This document shows positions 10,095 to 19,436 of a DNA stretch of 64,000 bases, one piece after another (the first letter of the stretch is position 1; every line of letters starts with the position of its first letter). A model generated the notes under the pieces. That model ran no database searches. It was not told the DNA's origin and worked only from the letters and a program-made list of their open reading frames with translations. The DNA comes from Candidatus Sulfomarinibacteraceae bacterium. Lineage in GTDB: Bacteria > Acidobacteriota > Thermoanaerobaculia > Thermoanaerobaculales > Sulfomarinibacteraceae. Location of the stretch: assembly GCA_963796455.1 (NCBI GenBank), contig CAWCLO010000005.1, forward strand, positions 128,001 to 192,000. The letters run 5' to 3'. Made by a program: the position numbers and the translations under genes.

Positions 10095-10945
10095 TGAAGA
10101 GCAGCAGAAGAGGATTCCTTAAGTTTGCCGGTCTTTCCGCGGTGGGTGTGGCGGGTTCGACCGCTGTGACCGCCCGGACCAAGGCCTCCCAGGAGCACGA
10201 ACCGCCGGCAACCGTTGGCAAGCGGCTCGCCATGCTGGTCGATCTGCGGAAGTTTTCCAAGGACGACGCTATGCTCAAAAAAATTACCGACGCGTGCCAC
10301 AAGGCGCACAATGTGCCGGATTTTGCCGACGACCCGAAAAATGAGGTCAAGTGGATCTGGAGCGACGAATTCGAGACGGCATTCCACGAGCAGGAGTTCC
10401 ACTACATTCGCGAAGACCTCAAGGGCAAACCGACCCTGCTCTTGTGCAACCACTGCGATAACCCGCCGTGTACGCGGGTCTGCCCGACCCAGGCGACCTG
10501 GAAACGCGCGGCGGACGGGGTCGTGATGATGGACTGGCACCGTTGCATCGGTTGCCGCTATTGCGTGGTTGCGTGCCCCTACGGTTCGCGCAGCTTCAAC
10601 TGGAAAGACCCGCGCAAGGCTCCGAACCTCCAAACGATCGAAAACACCTACCCGACCCGGATGCGCGGAGTCGTCGAGAAGTGCACCTTCTGCGACGAAC
10701 GCCTGGCGCGAGGCGAACAACCGGCTTGCGTCGAGGTGTGTGAAAACGACGAACTGGTCTTTGGTGACCTCAACGATCCGCATTCAAGGATTCGCGAATT
10801 GCTGGCGGAGCACCTGACGATCCGCCGCAAACCGGGGCTCGGAACACAGCCCGAGGTCTACTACATCGTCGAGGACCCACGCACTCTGCAGGAGTTCGCT
10901 CCGGCTGTCGAGGTCTTTGAAGGGGAGGAGGGCGGCCATGCTTGA
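10094..10945 (+). CDS. dsrO: DsrO periplasmic ferredoxin-like subunit
   Basis: Tat signal SRRGFLK; CNHCDNPPCTRVCP, CIGCRYCVVACP, KCTFC; start at ATG 10094. Confidence 0.93.
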   Translation: MKSSRRGFLKFAGLSAVGVAGSTAVTARTKASQEHEPPATVGKRLAMLVDLRKFSKDDAMLKKITDACHKAHNVPDFADDPKNEVKWIWSDEFETAFHEQEFHYIREDLKGKPTLLLCNHCDNPPCTRVCPTQATWKRAADGVVMMDWHRCIGCRYCVVACPYGSRSFNWKDPRKAPNLQTIENTYPTRMRGVVEKCTFCDERLARGEQPACVEVCENDELVFGDLNDPHSRIRELLAEHLTIRRKPGLGTQPEVYYIVEDPRTLQEFAPAVEVFEGEEGGHA

Positions 10946-12104
10946 GAAGGCTCTTTCGGGCTCCAAGACGTACTGGGGCTGGATCTTCGCCCTTTTGGTG
11001 ATCATCGGGGCCGGCGTGGGTTGCTGGTTCTGGCAGTTCCGCGAAGGTCTGACGATCACCGGTCTCAGCCGCGATGTCGTGTGGGGATTTTATATCGCCC
11101 AGTTCACCTTCCTGGTCGGCGTTGCGGCTTCGGCTGTGATGGTGGTCCTGCCCTACTACCTTCACAACCACAAGGCATTCGGCAAGATGACGATTCTCGG
11201 CGAGTTTCTCGCGATCCCGGCGGTCATCATGTGCATGCTCTTCATCTTTGTCGATATGGGCATGCCCAACCGGATCCTCAATGTGTTTCTCCACCCGACG
11301 CCGCACTCGATGATGTTCTGGGACACGGTGGCACTGAGTGGGTATCTCCTGCTCAACCTCGTGATCGGTTTCATCACCTTGTCGGCTGAACGGCGCGAGG
11401 AGCCGCCGCCGAAGTGGATCAAACCGGTCATCCTGCTGTCGATTCCCTGGGCGGTCTCGATCCACACGGTCACCGCGTTTTTGTATTCCGGTCTCGCGGC
11501 CCGGCCTTTCTGGATGACTGCGATCCTGGCCCCGCGATTCCTGGCCTCCGCATTTGCCGCAGGTCCGGCGATCCTGATCCTGCTCGCCTTCTTTGTTCGC
11601 AAGGTCTCCACCTTCGACGCCGGCGAGAAGGCAATCGATACCCTTTCCAAAATCGTCACCTATGCCATGACGATCAATGTCTTCTTCGTTTTGATGGAGG
11701 TCTTTACCGCCATCTACAGCGATATTCCGGAACATGTTCATCACTTCGAATTCCTCTTCACGGGCATCGAAGGCGAAAACACGTTGGTTCCGTGGATGTG
11801 GCTGTCGTCGATTCTGGCGATCGTGTCCCTGATCGTGCTGATGAATCCAAAGACAAGAACCAATCACAACTGGTTGCTCTTTGGCTGCGTGGCGGTGGTC
11901 TTCTCGCTCTGGATCGACAAGGGTCTGGGTATGGTGATCGCAGGCTTCGTGCCGAACCCGCTCGGCCAGGTCGTTCATTATGCGCCGTCGGTGCCGGAGT
12001 TGGTGATCAGCTTGGGGATCTACGCCATCGGGCTCCTGATCCTCACCGCGCTTTATAAGATCGCACTCGAGGTCCGGGGACAGATCAAAAAGGCAGAGTA
12101 CTGA
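10938..12104 (+). CDS. dsrP: DsrP NrfD-family membrane subunit
   Basis: TGLSRDV.WG.YIAQFTF.VGVAA, SIHTVTAF, APRFLASAF, WIDKG. Confidence 0.94.
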   Translation: MLEKALSGSKTYWGWIFALLVIIGAGVGCWFWQFREGLTITGLSRDVVWGFYIAQFTFLVGVAASAVMVVLPYYLHNHKAFGKMTILGEFLAIPAVIMCMLFIFVDMGMPNRILNVFLHPTPHSMMFWDTVALSGYLLLNLVIGFITLSAERREEPPPKWIKPVILLSIPWAVSIHTVTAFLYSGLAARPFWMTAILAPRFLASAFAAGPAILILLAFFVRKVSTFDAGEKAIDTLSKIVTYAMTINVFFVLMEVFTAIYSDIPEHVHHFEFLFTGIEGENTLVPWMWLSSILAIVSLIVLMNPKTRTNHNWLLFGCVAVVFSLWIDKGLGMVIAGFVPNPLGQVVHYAPSVPELVISLGIYAIGLLILTALYKIALEVRGQIKKAEY

Positions 12105-12137
12105 ATTAGGAATTAGGAATTAGGAATGAGGAATTGG
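12103..12137. repeat. Heptamer tandem repeat GAAT(T/G)(A/G)G x5
   Basis: GAATTAG x3, GAATGAG, GAATTGG, starting inside the dsrP TGA stop. Confidence 0.9.
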
Positions 12138-12181
12138 CCCCCGCCCACCCGGCATGTCGCCGGTGGCGGGGGTCGGTTTTT
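12136..12181 (+). terminator. Intrinsic terminator after dsrP
   Basis: GGCCCCCGCCCACCCGGC / GCCGGTGGCGGGGGTC imperfect stem, then GGTTTTT. Confidence 0.6.
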
Positions 12182-12199
12182 GCGTGAGGAGCGGTTCCA

Positions 12200-13864
12200 A
12201 TGAGCAAGGATCCAAAACGGGTGGTGATTGTCGGGGCGTCGGCGGCGGGTCTGCGGTGTGCGTGCCGGTTGCGGCGGTTGCAGCCCGACTGGCCGATCAC
12301 GGTTGTCGAGACCAACGAGATCTTCTCCTACGGCGCATGCGGTCTTCCCTACGTTCTTTCGGGGGACATTGAGGAGCTCGGCGTGTTGCGCCGGACTCCT
12401 TACGGGGTCGATCGGAATGCCGACTATTTTGAATCGGTCAAGGGTGTCGAAGTTCTTGCTCCGTATCGGGCGATGGATGTCGATGCGGCCGCCCGGACTC
12501 TGACTGTCGAAGGGCCGGATGGAGAAAGGGCCTTCGAATGGGACGAATTGGTGATCGCGACCGGCGCTTCCCCACGCAGGCTCCCGAATACTCCCGATCA
12601 TCCGCGGGTCCACACCTTTCACGTCTGGGAGGATGTCAAACCGCTCAAGATCGGGCTCATGCGGGGCGAAATCGACCACGTTGCCGTGATTGGGGCCGGT
12701 CTCGTGGGATGTGAGTTGGCCGAGGCCTTCCATAGCCTGTGGGGTGCCGAGGTGACCCTGATCGAGGCCGCCTCGACCCCATTGCCGGAGATACTCGATC
12801 CCGAGCTGGGTGAAGTTGTCGCCCGTCATCTCGAGAAGAACGGCGTTCGGGTGCTCGCCTCTTCAGCGGTGGCCGAGATTTCGGCCGACGATGACGGGGT
12901 CACGATCGAGGCCGGTTCGGAGACCGTATGTGCCGATGCGGTCGTGATCGCGGTCGGAGTTTTACCCGAGACGGAGTTGGCGACTGCGGCGGGTGCCGAA
13001 CTCGGGCCGACTCGCGCCATTCGGGTGGATGAACAGCTTGCGACTTCGGTGGCTCATGTATGGGCCGTGGGTGATTGTGTCGAGTGCCTCCATGCTGCCA
13101 CCGGTGGTCCCGCCTATATCCCCCTGGGCTCACTCGCAAACCGGCAGGGACGAACCCTTGCCAATGTGCTCGCAGGGCTCGAGGATCGGTTCGGGCCGGT
13201 GGCGGGAGCGGCGGCCGTCAAAGTCTTCGATCTCAACGTGGCAGCGGTCGGGTGCACGGCGAACCGGTTTTCAGCCGACGGCCTGGGTGTACGATCGGTC
13301 TGGATCAGCGCAGAAGACCGCGCCCACTACTGGCCTGAAGCCAAACTGATTCTGCTCGGGATGGTCTACGATCCACTGACCCGCCGTGTGCTCGGTGTCC
13401 AGGGCGTCAGTGAAGAGGGTGAGGTGGCCAAGAGAATCGACGTCTCCGCGCAGCTCATCCTCAGATCGGCGACCACCGACGATTTCATTTCCGTCGAGCA
13501 TGCCTATGCTCCGCCCTATGCGCCCGCCCTCGATCCGCTGATGGTTCTCGCGTGCGCGGCAGACAACCAGATGAACGGCGTCGAGATGGTCTCGCCGCTG
13601 TTCGATCTCCGCGGAGAGACGGTGCTCGATGTGCGCATGGAGGAAGAACGCTCGGAACGCCCGTTGACGGCCAAGAAGTTGGTCGAGATCGAAGTCTCCG
13701 ATCTCCCTGACCGCGTTGACGATCTGCCCGAGGTGCCGTTGGTGGTTGTCTGCGCCCATGGAACACGCTCGGCGGAGGTGGTCCGTCGGCTCAACCAATT
13801 GGGCCGCACAGCGCGCTATATCGGCGGAGGCGTCAGTTGGCGTGTCCGCGCCCTCGCGCCTTGA
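12200..13864 (+). CDS. CoA-disulfide/persulfide reductase (Npsr/CoADR family) with C-terminal rhodanese domain
   Basis: GASAAG FAD motif, SYGACGLPY active-site Cys, GAGLVG, YAPPYA, rhodanese VVCAHGTRS. Confidence 0.85.
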   Translation: MSKDPKRVVIVGASAAGLRCACRLRRLQPDWPITVVETNEIFSYGACGLPYVLSGDIEELGVLRRTPYGVDRNADYFESVKGVEVLAPYRAMDVDAAARTLTVEGPDGERAFEWDELVIATGASPRRLPNTPDHPRVHTFHVWEDVKPLKIGLMRGEIDHVAVIGAGLVGCELAEAFHSLWGAEVTLIEAASTPLPEILDPELGEVVARHLEKNGVRVLASSAVAEISADDDGVTIEAGSETVCADAVVIAVGVLPETELATAAGAELGPTRAIRVDEQLATSVAHVWAVGDCVECLHAATGGPAYIPLGSLANRQGRTLANVLAGLEDRFGPVAGAAAVKVFDLNVAAVGCTANRFSADGLGVRSVWISAEDRAHYWPEAKLILLGMVYDPLTRRVLGVQGVSEEGEVAKRIDVSAQLILRSATTDDFISVEHAYAPPYAPALDPLMVLACAADNQMNGVEMVSPLFDLRGETVLDVRMEEERSERPLTAKKLVEIEVSDLPDRVDDLPEVPLVVVCAHGTRSAEVVRRLNQLGRTARYIGGGVSWRVRALAP

Positions 13865-13874
13865 GGCGCGGTTT

Positions 13875-15551
13875 TCAGATCACGTTCGGGAACAACACCG
13901 AAAACGCCAACCAGGCCACCGCCAGGGTCAGGATCAGATTGAACGACTGCCCGACGATATAAAGAAGGAGCGACTTGCCGCCTTCGAGCTGTTTTGCCAT
14001 GTCCGCAAAATTCGACTCCAACCCGATCGAAACAAAAGCCAGACAGAAGAACCAGCCCCGCAGGGGATTGGTCATGGCCTTGAGCACGCTCGATTCCACC
14101 AGCTTGGTGCCGTCGCCGTTGAACAGGGAGGCGAACAGGGGCGCCAGCACGAAGGAGAACAATAGAGACGCGGCGACAAAGCCGACGATGAACTTCGGAA
14201 ACCGAACCCAGATCTGCATGAGTCCCGGGCGCGGAGCATCCGGGTCCCGTTCGACCGAGGTGATCCAGAACAGGGCGACGAAGAAGCCGACGGCCCCGAT
14301 CAGGATGTTCTGGATCATTTTGACCACTGCTGCCACGGCCTCGGCCCGTGGGCCGAGAAAAGCGCCGGCCGCCACGACGGCTCCTGTGGAGTCAATTGTG
14401 CCGCCCATCCACGCGCCGCCGAGTACCGGGTCCATATCGACCCAGGCGATGAACATGGGCATGAAGATCATCATGAGAACCGTGAAGATGAGCGTCATGC
14501 CGACTGCGAGGGTCAGTTCTTCCTTCTTTGCACGGGTGGCGGCAGCCACCGCGATGGCGGCCGAGACCCCGCAGACCGAGGTTGCGGCCGCGATGATCAT
14601 CACCAGGGGTTTGCTGACGATTTTGAGGATTCTGGTTCCGTACAACCACATGAAGATGATCACGGTCGGTGTGACCAACCAGGCCACCATGAGCCCCGGA
14701 ACGCCGATGCTGAGAATCTTGCCAAACAGAATCTCGGCCCCGAGGAGGACCAGGCCCGCCTTGATGTACATTTCGGTCCTCACCGCCGGTTTGAGCCAAG
14801 CCGGTGTGCCGACAGTGTTGGAGACCAGGAGGCCGAGGAGCAACGCCCAGGCGGCGTAGCTCAGGCCGTATGCGTTGATGGTGATCTGGTTGGCGATCAC
14901 AAAGGAGAGAACGGCCAGGATGAAGACCGCCAGAAAAGCAAGAGCATAGGCGCCGGGGTTCTGACCCATGACCCGGACCCCGACCACGGTCAGGAGCATG
15001 AGGAGGATCATGGTGACGATCAGCGGGAGCACGATCGATCGTGCTCGTTGACTTGAAACGCTGAGCGTGCCGGCTCCGATTTCGACATCCGCCGACGGCA
15101 GGATCTGGGACGTATAGGCCGCCGCTCCCAGACCATCGCGGTCAGGATCGATCTTGTCGAAACGAAGCTCCTCCGCTCCCCCGGCGAGTTGTTCGCCAAT
15201 GCTGATCGTCTGGCCGTCGCCGGATCTGGAGGTGGCGATTTGCAACCGGGTTCCTCCGTTTTCGGGAACAACATCGGCAATTGCGCCCGCTTGCGCCGAA
15301 TTGATGGCGTCAGCCAACCCGGCGAGGGTCGTGCCCTCCTCGACCTCGATCCGGGTCGTTTTGGTCGCGTAGAAGGCGTCCATGGGATTGGATGCCCACT
15401 TCCCGATCTTTGGCACCTTCTTGGTCGGGATGGTGCCGGAAAGCGCCAGTGCTCCGAGCACGGTGGCGACGAGGAGAATCGCCAGGCCGAACCAGACCGT
15501 CCACCAGTCTTCCTCTACTAAAAGTGGGCTGCGCTTTGCATCACCTGTCAT
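13875..15551 (-). CDS. YeiH-family putative sulfate/sulfite exporter with inserted extracytoplasmic domain
   Basis: EDWW, K.GLVLLGAE, TSVCGVSAAIA, GGTIDSTGAVVAAG, KMIQN, RFPKF, FVSIGLE. Confidence 0.88.
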   Translation of the reverse strand: MTGDAKRSPLLVEEDWWTVWFGLAILLVATVLGALALSGTIPTKKVPKIGKWASNPMDAFYATKTTRIEVEEGTTLAGLADAINSAQAGAIADVVPENGGTRLQIATSRSGDGQTISIGEQLAGGAEELRFDKIDPDRDGLGAAAYTSQILPSADVEIGAGTLSVSSQRARSIVLPLIVTMILLMLLTVVGVRVMGQNPGAYALAFLAVFILAVLSFVIANQITINAYGLSYAAWALLLGLLVSNTVGTPAWLKPAVRTEMYIKAGLVLLGAEILFGKILSIGVPGLMVAWLVTPTVIIFMWLYGTRILKIVSKPLVMIIAAATSVCGVSAAIAVAAATRAKKEELTLAVGMTLIFTVLMMIFMPMFIAWVDMDPVLGGAWMGGTIDSTGAVVAAGAFLGPRAEAVAAVVKMIQNILIGAVGFFVALFWITSVERDPDAPRPGLMQIWVRFPKFIVGFVAASLLFSFVLAPLFASLFNGDGTKLVESSVLKAMTNPLRGWFFCLAFVSIGLESNFADMAKQLEGGKSLLLYIVGQSFNLILTLAVAWLAFSVLFPNVI

Positions 15552-15582
15552 GAAAAAGGCCCTTTCACTTCCTCTCGCGAAA

Positions 15583-15825
15583 TTACCCTCCCGCCGACGA
15601 TTGGTGTGTCGGCGGCTGTGCGCGCTCCAAAGAGCGATTCTTGAATGATGGACAATCCTTGGCCAACACGGGGTCCATGAAGCGGTCGAATTCGCGGCAG
15701 ATCCCCGCGTATCCGCGCGCCGAAGAATAGGCGGAACCGAAGGACGTCAGGCCGGGAATTTCAGCTTCGATCACGGCAGGGTCGTCGGCAAAATGAGCGC
15801 AGTGCTGGCAGGTTTGTTCGCTCAT
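15583..15825 (-). CDS. Small four-cysteine protein (CxxC...GxC...C), function unknown
   Basis: MSEQTCQHCAHF...GICREFD...DCPSF; about 80 aa. Confidence 0.6.
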   Translation of the reverse strand: MSEQTCQHCAHFADDPAVIEAEIPGLTSFGSAYSSARGYAGICREFDRFMDPVLAKDCPSFKNRSLERAQPPTHQSSAGG

Positions 15826-15951
15826 GCTCTCGATTCCAATCACGGATGGATCATCCGTTCGATTTATGTTTTCAAGGTACCACGATCTGCTGGCCAGGAC
15901 AGCGCTCTCTCAGTGGCGGGGGCAACCGGTGAGCCGCAGTTCTCAGGAACA

Positions 15952-16055
15952 GAATTTGGAATGAGGAACTAGGAATGAGGAATGAGGAATTATCATCGCA
16001 CCCTTCCCTGAATGATCTGGGGATGGGTACATTCCTAATTCCTCATTCCTAATTT
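15952..16055. repeat. Inverted heptamer arrays (GAATGAG-type x6 / CTCATTC-type x3.5) around an inner hairpin
   Basis: Left arm 15952-15993, right arm 16031-16055; inner ACCCTTCCC/GGGGATGGGT. Confidence 0.88.
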
Positions 16056-16173
16056 GCGATATTCTTTTCCCTTGTTTCTTTGGCGTAACGCTGGAGTCGA
16101 AACGACCCGCGGTGTTACACTCCTGGAACTACGGCGCGAATGGCCGTGACAGTTATATTTTCGGGGCTTTTTT

Positions 16174-17970
16174 ATGTATCCCGTAACGCTTGAAGTCAAA
16201 GACCGTCGCGTTTTGGTTGTGGGTGGTGGTGGCGTTGCTTTGCGCAAGGTCCAGGGCCTGGTCGAAGAGGGGGCACGGGTGACCGTCGTTTCCCCGGAAG
16301 TGGTGCAGCCACTTCAGATCATGGCCGACAAGGGTGCGATTCAACTCGAAGCTCGGCCCTACGCGGGTGACGCGACCGACGGCTGGATGCTTGTCATTGC
16401 GGCCACCGACGATCGCGAGACCAATGCCTGCGTTTTTCGAGATGCCGAAGAAGCGGGTCTGTGGTGCAATGTCGCCGATGATCCCGAGTTCTGTAGCTTC
16501 CACCTCCCTGGAAGGGTCCGCCGGGGTCCGTTACAGCTGACCATTGCGTCGGCCGGCAAAGCGCCCTTCGCGACCTCTCGCCTGCGCCGGCTCCTCGAGC
16601 GCCGCTTCGGAGAGGAGTGGGGTGAGTGGATGGCCGCGGCGTCCCGCTATCGTACGGCGGTTCAGGGTCTCGAGCTCGGTCCATCTGAGGCCAACGCCCT
16701 CTTCGATCGATTTTTCGAGGCAACCGTAGACGGCGATCGACTGGCAGCCCGGGTCCCCACCGAGAACGAAGAACGTGAATGGTTGCACGCGCCGGTCGAT
16801 CATCGGGCGGCCGAAACAACCGCCGCGCCGCCTCAACCGCGTGGTTGCCGGGAGGCGGGATCGGGTTCGGGGCTGATTTCCCTGGTCGGTGCCGGGCCCG
16901 GTTGTCCTGGTTTGTTGACGGTCCGAGCGCGGCAGCGTTTGAGCGAGGCGGATGCCGTGGTCTACGATCGGCTGGCCGCTCCGGCTCTGCCCTGTGACCT
17001 GGCGGTTGACGTGGAGCTCCACGCAGTCGGCAAGGTGGCCGGAAATCATCCGATGCCGCAGGAGGAAATCAACGCGCTGCTCGTTCGGCTGGCACGAGAA
17101 GGGAAAAGGGTCGTCCGTTTGAAGGGTGGAGACCCCTATGTCTTCGGCCGCGGCAGTGAGGAGGCCGAAGTCCTCGAGGCGGAAGGTCTTCCCTTCGAGG
17201 TCGTTTCCGGGGTGACTTCAGGAGTGGCTGCACTGGCATGGGCCGGCATTCCGGCCACCCATCGCAACGAGTCGGTCCGGTTGACGCTGTTGACCGCCCA
17301 CGAGGCCGTCAAGAACGACGGTCCTCAGGTGCGGTGGGATCTGTTGGCCAAAGACCGCCACGCCACACTGGTCGGTTATATGGGTGTCACGGCGCTGCCC
17401 CAGGTGGTGGAAAGATTGCTCGAGGCGGGGATGGACCCGACGACCCCGGCCGCCATGGTGGAGCAGGGGACTACCGCCGCCCAACGGCGGGTGATCTCAA
17501 CGGTCGAAAATCTCCAACGGGACATCGAGCTTGCAGGCCTGAAACCACCGGCCTTGTTTGCCATCGGACCGACCGTTCGCCACGCTGACCGGCTCGATTG
17601 GTTTGACGCCTTGCCGCTGAGCGGTTTCAGGATCTTGATGGCCGGCTCGAGTTCGAAACTCGCCTCGGTTCTCGAAGACCGTGGTGCGGAAACGGTGGTG
17701 CTGCCGATGCCGGTGACACCGGCGGCTCGAGTGGTGATGGCGGCCCTGCCTTTGACCGGTTGTGTGGTGGGTGACCGGGTTGAAGTCGATTGGCTCGACG
17801 AGGAGCGAAACAACGGCGGCTGGCATTCCGACTCCATCGCCTGGTGCATCGGGCCCGAGACTGTGCAACGAGCCCACGATCGCGGATGGCAGAACATCGT
17901 CGATCTCGGTGACAACGTCGATTGCGACGAACTCGCCGGTCGCATCGCAGCGGGACGGTCGGATCGATGA
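16174..17970 (+). CDS. cysG: Siroheme synthase (precorrin-2 dehydrogenase/ferrochelatase + uroporphyrinogen-III methyltransferase) with C-terminal partial HemD-like domain
   Basis: MYPV.L....VLVVGGG.VA.RK, CNVADDP, LVGAGPG, VVRLKGGDPYVFGRG.EE; C-terminal CIGPET. Confidence 0.92.
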   Translation: MYPVTLEVKDRRVLVVGGGGVALRKVQGLVEEGARVTVVSPEVVQPLQIMADKGAIQLEARPYAGDATDGWMLVIAATDDRETNACVFRDAEEAGLWCNVADDPEFCSFHLPGRVRRGPLQLTIASAGKAPFATSRLRRLLERRFGEEWGEWMAAASRYRTAVQGLELGPSEANALFDRFFEATVDGDRLAARVPTENEEREWLHAPVDHRAAETTAAPPQPRGCREAGSGSGLISLVGAGPGCPGLLTVRARQRLSEADAVVYDRLAAPALPCDLAVDVELHAVGKVAGNHPMPQEEINALLVRLAREGKRVVRLKGGDPYVFGRGSEEAEVLEAEGLPFEVVSGVTSGVAALAWAGIPATHRNESVRLTLLTAHEAVKNDGPQVRWDLLAKDRHATLVGYMGVTALPQVVERLLEAGMDPTTPAAMVEQGTTAAQRRVISTVENLQRDIELAGLKPPALFAIGPTVRHADRLDWFDALPLSGFRILMAGSSSKLASVLEDRGAETVVLPMPVTPAARVVMAALPLTGCVVGDRVEVDWLDEERNNGGWHSDSIAWCIGPETVQRAHDRGWQNIVDLGDNVDCDELAGRIAAGRSDR

Positions 17971-19436
17971 TCAAGCTCGGTCTCCGCGTCCGATTTTTTC
18001 TCTATTCCAACACCGTGATCGCGGTGACGATGACCCTCGTGACGGTCGTTGGAATGATGTACGAACGCCGCATTCGGTATGAGGGGATCGTCAACCACGG
18101 CCGCAGCATCGTCGAGGCGATGGCGATTCCCATCAGCGACTCGCTGCACCAGCGGAAAGAGGGCGGCTCTCGCGGCGTCGAACTCATCGAGAACTATATC
18201 TCGGAGATCATGGCGCGGAATTCCGGTTTTATGCGCTATATCGTTGTCACTGATGCCGCGGGAATCGTGACATATTCGAGCCGGACATCACTGGTCGGCA
18301 ATCCGTTCAATCGCGTCCTGCCACCGCCGAGCGACATGCCGCCGCTGGTAGCGGAAAATCGGTCTGAAGGTGAAGAGGACCTGATCGAGGTCCGAACGGG
18401 GCTCAATCACTCCGGCGACTACGTCGGGGCGCTGGCAGTCGGTTTTTCCCTCGAACCCATCGAACGGCAGGTGAGAGAGGTTGCTTCACGAGCGGCATTG
18501 GTCGCGCTGGTGCTGATGCTCGGCAACTCGATCATGACGGCCTTGTATGTGGAGACCTTGATCCGGCCGATCCTCAACCTCAACCAGACGATGAAAAAAG
18601 CCGGAGAGGGAAATCTCACCGTCCGCGCCCCCTCCCGCAGCGGCGACGAGGTCGCCGAGTTGGCCGGGGTCTTCAACCAGATGATGGACGAACTCGTGGC
18701 GTCCCGTGAGCGCGAAGAATTACAGCGTGCGCAGCTTGCGCACACCGAAAAGATGGCTGCGGTCGGGACGCTTGCGGCCGGAGTCGCGCACGAAGTCAAC
18801 AATCCCCTGGCGGGGGTTCTCGCGAGTATTGAAAACCTGCGCGACAACCCGGACGACGAGGAGATGCGCGACCGCTACCTCAAGCTGATCGCGGATGGTT
18901 TGCTGCGCATCGAACGAACGGTCGCCAATCTGCTCAACTTTGCCCGGCAGCGTGAGAGCAAGCTCGAACCGACTTCCATCAATCACAATATGAAGCACGT
19001 CATCGAGTTGGTGGAATATCAGTTGCGGGCGGCCGGTGTCGAGATCGATATGGATCTCGATCCGAGCCAGGCGGTTGTCGAAGCCGATCATTTCCAGATG
19101 GAACAGCTTTTTCTCAATCTGGTTCTCAACGCTCTCGAGGCGATGAGCGGAGGCGGCACCCTGCACCTTCGAACCCGGGTCCGCGGCGGCAAGGTCATTG
19201 CCGAGGTTCGCGACACCGGTCACGGAATACCGGTGGATGTTCGCAATCGCATCTTCGATCCGTTTTTCACCACTCGTGAAGTCGGTGAAGGAACAGGTCT
19301 CGGGCTGGCGGTGAGCGGGAGTATCGTCGCCGCCCACGGCGGCACCATCGAAGTCGAATCATCTGCCGGTCGCGGTACAACTTTCCGGGTCATCCTGGCG
19401 GCAATGCCTGGCAACTGGGAAAATGAGGGAGTGTGA
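17967..19436 (+). CDS. Membrane sensor histidine kinase (HAMP, HisKA, HATPase)
   Basis: Two TM segments, HAMP (DEVAELA..FN.M), GVAHEVNNPL, NLVLNA, DTGHGI, FDPFFTT, GTGLGL; ATGA overlap with cysG. Confidence 0.93.
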   Translation: MIKLGLRVRFFLYSNTVIAVTMTLVTVVGMMYERRIRYEGIVNHGRSIVEAMAIPISDSLHQRKEGGSRGVELIENYISEIMARNSGFMRYIVVTDAAGIVTYSSRTSLVGNPFNRVLPPPSDMPPLVAENRSEGEEDLIEVRTGLNHSGDYVGALAVGFSLEPIERQVREVASRAALVALVLMLGNSIMTALYVETLIRPILNLNQTMKKAGEGNLTVRAPSRSGDEVAELAGVFNQMMDELVASREREELQRAQLAHTEKMAAVGTLAAGVAHEVNNPLAGVLASIENLRDNPDDEEMRDRYLKLIADGLLRIERTVANLLNFARQRESKLEPTSINHNMKHVIELVEYQLRAAGVEIDMDLDPSQAVVEADHFQMEQLFLNLVLNALEAMSGGGTLHLRTRVRGGKVIAEVRDTGHGIPVDVRNRIFDPFFTTREVGEGTGLGLAVSGSIVAAHGGTIEVESSAGRGTTFRVILAAMPGNWENEGV

